Assembly: GCA_964650255.1 (NCBI GenBank)
Contig: CAZYQT010000002.1
Coordinates: 24,540-86,902, forward strand
Length of the DNA: 62,363 bases
Source: an uncultured Candidatus Saccharibacteria bacterium
GTDB taxonomy: Bacteria; Patescibacteriota; Doudnabacteria; UBA920
Reading direction: 5' to 3'
In this document: positions 56,492-62,363 of the stretch, one piece after another
Layout of the letters: the number at the start of each line of letters is the position of its first letter
Numbering within the stretch: the stretch's first letter is position 1
Notes under the pieces: generated by a model
Database searches by the model: none
What the model was told of the DNA's origin: nothing
Seen by the model: the letters and a program-made list of their open reading frames with translations, nothing else
Made by a program: the position numbers and the translations under genes

Positions 56492-56722
56492 ATGAATAAG
56501 CGATATTGTCGAGCATGTGGAGCAACTGGGAGCAGTATACACGGTTTAAAGTGTGCGCTGTGTGGTGCAGATGTACCACTAAAACCAGAAGATCCTTGTG
56601 ATCAATTTCAAAAAAACAACGTCGAAACACCGCATTCTACCCATGAAGATACTGTTGTTGAAACGGCAGCAGATAGAATCCACAAACGGATCGCTGGATC
56701 AATAATTAGCGGCGGTTTCTAA
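56492..56722 (+). CDS. Small zinc-ribbon protein
   Basis: CRACG-x12-CALCG at the N-terminus. SD GGAGGA upstream. Confidence 0.45.
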   Translation: MNKRYCRACGATGSSIHGLKCALCGADVPLKPEDPCDQFQKNNVETPHSTHEDTVVETAADRIHKRIAGSIISGGF

Positions 56723-56753
56723 ACTACTACTTACACAGAAATTTGGAGGAAAA

Positions 56754-56996
56754 TTGATGAAAAGGCAATGCCCAAGATGCTTTCGAGGAACAAACAAGAT
56801 GACGTGCCCACACTGTGACGCGCCAACATACGACAGATTTCCAAAAATCGAAGAGGGTCCCGTACCAATGGGGCGACTGTTCCATAATCCAGAGGAAGAC
56901 TCAAAACACACGCAAATTCAAGTTGCAAATCAAGTTGCGAATATGGAGGAAGTTCCAGTGCCAATGGGAAGCATATTCCATGGGGATATGGACTAA
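56754..56996 (+). CDS. Small zinc-ribbon protein with duplicated E-x-PVPMG-x-(L/I)FH motif
   Basis: CPRCF-x9-CPHCD, then EEGPVPMGRLFHN and EEVPVPMGSIFHG. SD GGAGGA upstream. Confidence 0.45.
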   Translation: MMKRQCPRCFRGTNKMTCPHCDAPTYDRFPKIEEGPVPMGRLFHNPEEDSKHTQIQVANQVANMEEVPVPMGSIFHGDMD

Positions 56997-57015
56997 GCAA
57001 ACAATCACACAACAA

Positions 57016-57056
57016 AAAGACCGCCTCAATAACGAAGCGGCTCTTTTATTTTTTAT
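57016..57056. terminator. Bidirectional terminator between the zinc-ribbon gene and rpmA
   Basis: AAAAAGACCGC ... GCGGCTCTTTTATTTTTT. Confidence 0.6.
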
Positions 57057-57058
57057 AA

Positions 57059-57391
57059 TTAAGCAGCTGTTGCTGTTTCACTCTTCGGCGCAGCCTTAGC
57101 TTTACCTTTTACTGCAATTGGTTCAACGCTAACCACGCGAGTTTTGCGAAGGTTACCATGGAACTTGCGCATCATCTTGTTTTGGAATTTTACAATTCCG
57201 TTTGTAAGAGAGTACAAGGTAGAATCACCGGCAGTTTTTACATTAGCGCCAGGGTGGAACTTGTTACCATGTTGGCGAACTATAATTTCACCTTTGTTGA
57301 CCCATTGATCACCAAAGATTTTTACGCCTAAGCGTTTTGATACGGAGTCTCGGCCTAAACTGGTAGAGCCTCCGGCTTTCTTATGAGCCAT
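57059..57391 (-). CDS. rpmA: 50S ribosomal protein L27 (C-terminally extended)
   Basis: [26 protein letters not shown]...[18 protein letters not shown]. Confidence 0.95.
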   Translation of the reverse strand: MAHKKAGGSTSLGRDSVSKRLGVKIFGDQWVNKGEIIVRQHGNKFHPGANVKTAGDSTLYSLTNGIVKFQNKMMRKFHGNLRKTRVVSVEPIAVKGKAKAAPKSETATAA

Positions 57392-57458
57392 TTTTTCTCA
57401 ACAATATCCTTATCAAATCTTTACCGATTAAGGCAGTCGATCTTTCAAAGGTTAATCC

Positions 57459-58742
57459 TTAAATTTTTTCGAAGATTACGATTTCCCTGGCGACTATTTG
57501 GTCTTTCCGATCATAGATTGCTGTTTTTCGATCCGTTAGTCTTAAAAACGGCATAGAATCGGCCAAAATAGAGGGTATCAAATCTACAGTATTATATCCA
57601 AGTTTTGTAATAAAGTCAAGATTCGGGAATCCTGTATAGCCATTATGGCTTTTATACGATGGCAAACAGATCACCACTCGAGCTTTACTTGATAAAAACT
57701 TTAACCAGTCTTGAAAGGCAGCCGTATATAATGATTCTAGTTCTTTAAAGTTCTTTTCGATCTCTGATTGAGCAGGGAATTTAGTGTACATTGGCCCAAG
57801 ATAGCCTTCGGTAACAATCCCGGATATCCCCGGGAAGGCCCCAATTTTTTTGAGGTTCTCCACTAAATGCGAAACTTCTTTGGCATCAGAAGTTTCAGCA
57901 TGGAACTTGCCCTTGGCTATTTTATAACGATTACGGAACCACTCCAAATTTTTCTCGCTTCCTGAAATTGCAGTTGGATTGATGTCACTCCCAAGCATTC
58001 GATAACCAAGAAGCACCCCTTCTTGCACAATTGTGCCAATACCACAGAACGGGTCGAGCATGGTTTCGTTTTGCTTGCATTCGGCAAAGTTCAGCATTAT
58101 CTGCGCAACCTTAGGTGGGATCATGCCTTGCTTGTCATCACGCACGGGACGCTGGTAGTCGCGGCGACCATAGTCTTCAAAGTCTTGGACAACCATAGTC
58201 TTGGCAACATAGACATCGTTATTTCCAGCGATAATACAGATCTCCGCGCCTTTCTCAAGCAATAAATTTTTTGTAACCACTACGGAGGCAAGGGTAAGAG
58301 AATTAAACTCTGGCAACACTAACCTAATTGATGAACCACTATCTTGCATAGCACGCTTAATATACATACCTAAACGTTTTGGTTCACCAAAAGCTTTCAC
58401 ATCACTGTCTAGCAAATACACGCTTACGCCGAATTGAATTTTGCCTTTATAGTTCTTGAGGAAGTCGGTCTTTAGCTTCGAAGGTTTGAAGTAATGCTGA
58501 AGTGCAAAGTTAATCGAGTCGTCTGGGCGCTTGGTTTTGTGATCAATAATTTTCAAAATCTTAACCACACCACCAAGATCTTTTTGAATTTTTTGTACAT
58601 CTAGCTGGTCAGGAACTTCAATGATAAGCACCTCAGGCGAGCAGTCAATAATACTAATTTCAATCCCACGAACTTGGAAATACGAAAACAGCTCTGCCAA
58701 GCTTAATGTGAAAACTCTACCTAGAACAAATGCGTATTGCAT
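57459..58742 (-). CDS. Class I SAM-dependent RNA methyltransferase (UPF0020/Trm11-like with N-terminal THUMP-like region)
   Basis: Motif I LDPFCGIGTIVQEG and D-loop GSDINP. The size and N-terminal domain are typical of THUMP-methylases, but the target is unknown. Confidence 0.6.
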   Translation of the reverse strand: MQYAFVLGRVFTLSLAELFSYFQVRGIEISIIDCSPEVLIIEVPDQLDVQKIQKDLGGVVKILKIIDHKTKRPDDSINFALQHYFKPSKLKTDFLKNYKGKIQFGVSVYLLDSDVKAFGEPKRLGMYIKRAMQDSGSSIRLVLPEFNSLTLASVVVTKNLLLEKGAEICIIAGNNDVYVAKTMVVQDFEDYGRRDYQRPVRDDKQGMIPPKVAQIMLNFAECKQNETMLDPFCGIGTIVQEGVLLGYRMLGSDINPTAISGSEKNLEWFRNRYKIAKGKFHAETSDAKEVSHLVENLKKIGAFPGISGIVTEGYLGPMYTKFPAQSEIEKNFKELESLYTAAFQDWLKFLSSKARVVICLPSYKSHNGYTGFPNLDFITKLGYNTVDLIPSILADSMPFLRLTDRKTAIYDRKDQIVAREIVIFEKI

Positions 58743-58783
58743 ATTTATTTACCCCTCTGCTTATTTTAATTAACTAAAAAATT

Positions 58784-59194
58784 ATGTTTGAAATAATAAA
58801 AAATATTGACCATGAGAAATTGATCGCCAAGACCAAACCACTGGCAATCGCAGGTGTTTGTTTTGTGGCTGTGTTTACAGCTGGCTACGGAGTAGGGAAG
58901 TCATCGGGTTCAGCTAGTTCTGTTGGAGGAGCCAGTAAACGTTCTTTATCAAATTATAACACCAATCGGAGCGCTAACTCAAATACAGGCCAAAAACCCC
59001 AAGCCGAGACCATTGCACCTGCTAACAACAAAATGATGGCCCCGGTGGATAAGTCCAGCTGCTACATTAAAGGAAGTAAAAGCAAGCTCTATCATGTGCC
59101 AGGAGGGTCATTCTATGAGCGTACTAATCCTGTGGCGTGCTTTAACTCCGAAGAAGAAGCCCAAGCAGCTGGGTATACCAAGTCGAGCCGTTAG
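58784..59194 (+). CDS. Membrane-anchored protein with small C-terminal Cys/YH-PG-Y...F-SEEEA-AAGY domain
   Basis: N-terminal TM, an S/N-rich linker, and the C-terminal CYIKGSKSKLYHVPGGSFYERTNPVACFNSEEEAQAAGYTKS motif seen at the ends of various secreted bacterial proteins. Confidence 0.45.
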   Translation: MFEIIKNIDHEKLIAKTKPLAIAGVCFVAVFTAGYGVGKSSGSASSVGGASKRSLSNYNTNRSANSNTGQKPQAETIAPANNKMMAPVDKSSCYIKGSKSKLYHVPGGSFYERTNPVACFNSEEEAQAAGYTKSSR

Positions 59195-59256
59195 CTTCCC
59201 TTGACCAAACCTCGATTTTGATATATCATCAGATGAATTATAAGGAGATAAAAAAT

Positions 59257-59700
59257 ATGGTAATGATTAAAGCTTACCCGAGCTTGGGAAAAAACTTCGG
59301 CGTAGAAGTTCTTGCATGTGTGATCTTTAGACACACTTTGGATGCCAAACTGGATGAACAGGTTCTCAGGTTGGCTAGGCATATGACTGGTGATGAAACT
59401 ATAAAGATAAATCAGTTGATACTGGCAATGCAGTTCTGCGGTAATATTATTGAAAATGGTAAGGCGAGCTTCCTCAGAAAGCACAAAATCACTTTCAATA
59501 AACTAAACTACCGGGTTAAGGAAGCAAATGGTATAAACAGTGAGCGAGCTAACGCAGTTGAAAAATTCCAAAAGAAAGTTCACCGAAAAACCGTTCACAT
59601 TCACAAACCACATGGCACCCAAGCCGCGGATTGGCAAAAGTTTAAAGCTGAGGCGTCTGTGACGAGACTAGGGTCTATGCGACCAGGACTATACGGGTAA
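59257..59700 (+). CDS. Hypothetical protein
   Basis: ATG 59257 follows AAGGAG (59242-59247). The listed opening at 59218 lacks an SD. Confidence 0.4.
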   Translation: MVMIKAYPSLGKNFGVEVLACVIFRHTLDAKLDEQVLRLARHMTGDETIKINQLILAMQFCGNIIENGKASFLRKHKITFNKLNYRVKEANGINSERANAVEKFQKKVHRKTVHIHKPHGTQAADWQKFKAEASVTRLGSMRPGLYG

Positions 59701-59704
59701 AAGT

Positions 59705-59836
59705 ATGTGGAAAGGCATTGCAATAGCGCTAGCGCTAATCGGAATCACGTTGGCCATATTTGTCACTCAACTCTGGGAGTCTTATGAAACAGAACGTAAG
59801 TTGTGGTTCGAAAGACATTTTAAACGACGAAAGTAG
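59705..59836 (+). CDS. Small membrane protein (43 aa), not in the ORF track
   Basis: ATG 59705 to TAG 59834-59836. Product MWKGIAIALALIGITLAIFVTQLWESYETERKLWFERHFKRRK. Confidence 0.3.
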   Translation: MWKGIAIALALIGITLAIFVTQLWESYETERKLWFERHFKRRK

Positions 59837-59859
59837 CAATTCTGCGAAATCGTCTTTTT

Positions 59860-59868
59860 TGTTATACT
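59860..59868 (+). promoter_or_regulatory. Extended -10 (TGtTATACT), leaderless-type spacing to the cysteine desulfurase gene
   Basis: Ends 6 nt before ATG 59875. Confidence 0.45.
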
Positions 59869-59874
59869 TCAATC

Positions 59875-61122
59875 ATGAAAAAACCTTCTCTTAGAGAATC
59901 CACCAAAATAATTTATTTGGACTACGCAGCAACAACCCCAGTAGATCCGCGCGTGATAAAAGCAATGCAGCCGTATTGGTCGCAGGAGTTTGCGAATCCA
60001 TCAGCTCTGTATAAAAGCGGGGTCAAAGCCGCAGGAGCTATTGATGCCGCGCGCGCTGACATTGCCAAAGTTCTTAACTGTAGCCCGCGCGAAATCATCT
60101 TTACTGCTGGCGGGACAGAGAGTAACAATATGGCAATCTTAGGAGTAGCGCAAAACTTCCAAAAAACTTTTCACAAACCAGGGCACATTATTACCACACC
60201 AATCGAACATCATTCTGTTCTGCATGTTATGGATGCACTCAAGCAATGGGGTTGGAAAATTAGCTATGCGCCAGTTAACAAAGAGGGGTTAGTTGATTTC
60301 GCTGCTTTAAAAAAATTAGTGAGGCGCGATACAGCGTTAATTTCTATTATGTACGCCAACAATGAGATTGGTACCATCCAGCCAATCGCGGAGATAGGGA
60401 AGTGGGTGAGTGGACTAAATAGAGTGCGCAGCCAAAAACGCTTAAGTAGCATTCTTCTGCATACAGATGCCTGCCAAGCTGCGGGCGCGCTTACTTTAGA
60501 CACCCGCAGTTTGAAAGTTGATCTACTCACCTTCAACGGCAGTAAAATTTATGGGCCAAAGCAAACTGGAATTTTATTCGTTCGTAGCGGCGTAAAATTA
60601 GAGCCGATTATTCACGGCGGTGGCCAAGAATTAAACCTGCGCAGCGGCACGGAAAATGTTCCTGGAATAATTGGTTTAACCACAGCACTAAAATTAGTGT
60701 CGCACCCAGCAGCACAAAAAAAAGAAAACACGCGCCTCATTAGCCTAAGAAACCAATTCGCCGACCGTCTCTTGAAAAAAGTAAGGGGAATAGCGATTAA
60801 CGGGCCGAAGTTATCATCAGATTTCAATCAACTGAACCGCTTACCAAATAATTTAAATATTACAATTGATGGCGTAGAAGGCGAAATGCTAATGCTGTAC
60901 TTAGATGCGCAGGGAATAGAAGTTGCCACTGGCAGTGCTTGCACAACAACATCACAGGATCCATCTCACGTGCTGGAAGCCATTGGGGTACCGCGGAAGC
61001 AGGCCTACAATTCAATACGACTAACGCTGGGCAAGCAGACAACTAAGCAACAGCTCGACAAAGTGCTCAAGGTTTTGGTGCCTTTGATAACAAAGCTTAA
61101 GCTTGTTACATCGAGGACCTAG
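59875..61122 (+). CDS. Cysteine desulfurase (NifS/IscS, class V aminotransferase)
   Basis: IYLDYAATTPVDPRV, HTDACQAAG, FNGSKIYGPK (PLP Lys) and SGTENVPGI...TGSACT (catalytic Cys). Confidence 0.9.
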   Translation: MKKPSLRESTKIIYLDYAATTPVDPRVIKAMQPYWSQEFANPSALYKSGVKAAGAIDAARADIAKVLNCSPREIIFTAGGTESNNMAILGVAQNFQKTFHKPGHIITTPIEHHSVLHVMDALKQWGWKISYAPVNKEGLVDFAALKKLVRRDTALISIMYANNEIGTIQPIAEIGKWVSGLNRVRSQKRLSSILLHTDACQAAGALTLDTRSLKVDLLTFNGSKIYGPKQTGILFVRSGVKLEPIIHGGGQELNLRSGTENVPGIIGLTTALKLVSHPAAQKKENTRLISLRNQFADRLLKKVRGIAINGPKLSSDFNQLNRLPNNLNITIDGVEGEMLMLYLDAQGIEVATGSACTTTSQDPSHVLEAIGVPRKQAYNSIRLTLGKQTTKQQLDKVLKVLVPLITKLKLVTSRT

Positions 61123-61245
61123 GCCTGAGCTCCAATTAGCTATGGTTTACAAACCAAGCGAAATATGATACTTTAATTAGTCCCTATCTGGGACTACTTT
61201 TGGTATAAACCATACGACATAAAATCAAGTATTTAGGAGGAAGCA

Positions 61246-62109
61246 ATGACATATCGCACTGAAAACGAAGCGGCGACAATCGTTGCCGACTCATATGAAG
61301 ACAGCTATTCCTCGATGATATCGGCGGAATGGTATAAGTATGACATCCCAGTATCTATATTGGGTCAAGTCTTTGGCATTAGGGAACAAGATTACTTCAC
61401 TATAGTCGATGAGTGTACCCTACTTCATCAAAACGGTATTGTTAAAAATAGTGGGCTACCGGAGCGGGCAATCTTTTCTACCATGGCAAACGCCTACCAG
61501 AACCTAGGCTCCTACAAATGTCAGCCACAGACAGAGCAAGAAGCAGAATGGAGAGCCTTAAGACATAAGCTGAGAGAAGAAATTTTTTTGAGGTGCTTGT
61601 CTAGATCTTCGATAAAGCCATTTATTTCATCCTGGAATAAATGCTTTGACATTAAACGCCGGGAATTAAAGGGCCATGAAAAACTGGTAAGCAAAATTTT
61701 ACAATTACAGTCTCCAGACTTCAACGCAATCGTTTTCGAGGAGATGACTAAGCTCTTAGATAAAGTCGACTACGAGCCAACTACCGCTCAAGCAATGTGC
61801 GATAAAATTACCGGGGCAATAATGACCCGAATTTCCAGTGGCGAATGGATGCTTCGTTTAAGTTCAGAAGACACGAGGCAGCTTGATCTTCTTTTGGAAC
61901 GTGAGCTGGATGACACTCGAGTTCGAGTCCTGAGAGAGGTTTACGGGATTGGTGATTACAGACTTCCAATGCCGAAACCTCCAGCATCCTTAGGAATACC
62001 TCAATGGAAGATATACGACCTCCATAAAAAGGCTTTAAGCAAACTAAGGAAAAGCTTTCGTGCTATGACTCAAATCAATGAGATGATAGCTCCAAAACTA
62101 ACGGAATAG
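61246..62109 (+). CDS. Hypothetical protein; the C-terminus may be a sigma-70 region-4-like HTH
   Basis: SD AGGAGG at 61234-61239. The C-terminal VLREVYGIGDY....SLGIPQWKIYDLHKKALSKLRK loosely resembles region 4. Confidence 0.45.
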   Translation: MTYRTENEAATIVADSYEDSYSSMISAEWYKYDIPVSILGQVFGIREQDYFTIVDECTLLHQNGIVKNSGLPERAIFSTMANAYQNLGSYKCQPQTEQEAEWRALRHKLREEIFLRCLSRSSIKPFISSWNKCFDIKRRELKGHEKLVSKILQLQSPDFNAIVFEEMTKLLDKVDYEPTTAQAMCDKITGAIMTRISSGEWMLRLSSEDTRQLDLLLERELDDTRVRVLREVYGIGDYRLPMPKPPASLGIPQWKIYDLHKKALSKLRKSFRAMTQINEMIAPKLTE

Positions 62110-62111
62110 GC

Positions 62112-62150
62112 GAGCAGGGAACGTACCAACAGTACGACCTGCTCCTTTTA
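62112..62150 (+). terminator. Rho-independent terminator
   Basis: GAGCAGG ... CGTAC-caaca-GTACG ... CCTGCTC followed by CTTTTAATTT. Confidence 0.6.
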
Positions 62151-62363
62151 ATTTAAGTAACAGCAAAGTACTTTTTACTAATGACGGCCGCAGAAGCATT
62201 ATACATGCAAAGGTAATTGATAAAAGGAAGTGGCTGAGGGGGTAATTAAAACAATAAAGCAATATAAAACTTATTCGCTTAATAAATTAAAGGAACAGCA
62301 ATATAGGCAGGGAATAGCACAAACAAACATATTTCTTGTGTCGCACAATGTATCTTCTACGAC

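Overview
This is a dense, mostly plus-strand chromosomal segment, roughly 40% GC by eye, with the look of a small-genome Patescibacteria/CPR-like bacterium. That taxonomic call is inferred from many short orphan proteins with N-terminal membrane anchors, reduced enzymes and a DUF4012-like/murJ pairing. The genetic code is standard: TGA ends ORFs and an RF2 gene is present.

Housekeeping content:
- murJ and lepA
- tRNA-Gly and tRNA-Thr
- an F1Fo ATP synthase operon (atpI-like, B, E, F, H, A | G, D, C) split by a minus-strand gene
- a short CCA-enzyme-like gene
- rmuC, a UvrD-type helicase fused to a nuclease, and dedA
- a reduced PheRS
- gyrB, secE-nusG, and rplK ... rplA
- dcd-tmk-thyX-like
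- prfB, ftsEX, rplI, pyrG, rpmA and nifS/iscS

The most interesting part is an accessory stretch at about 16.6-25.8 kb:
1. An initiator tRNA(CAU) gene is interrupted by a 650-nt IC3-type group I intron carrying a PD-(D/E)XK, I-Ssp6803I-like homing endonuclease ORF.
2. An orphan island holds a Cys-rich 305-aa protein, an AlbA_2/Schlafen-type protein, a flavoprotein and a cyclodipeptide-synthase (CDPS)-like gene.
3. A strong promoter is followed by about 160 nt of hairpin-rich non-coding sequence that runs into tRNA-Met and tRNA-Asp.
4. A large serine recombinase ORF terminates inside tRNA-Asp.
5. Two tandem secreted-protein paralogues follow, one with an in-frame stop.

Other notable points:
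- A 49-aa Lys/Ala-rich histone-H1-like gene is missing from the ORF track.
- The PheRS has a mitochondrial-type architecture (PheS core fused to FDX-ACB) with a stand-alone PheT-B2-like tRNA-binding protein.
- rplK and rplA are separated, and each is preceded by a similar promoter and leader.
- An extended -10 element lies 6-9 nt upstream of the ATG at several genes, a leaderless-type arrangement.

I saw no CRISPR array, rRNA gene or reverse transcriptase. All coordinates and motif calls were made by eye and from memory of protein families; nothing was searched or computed.
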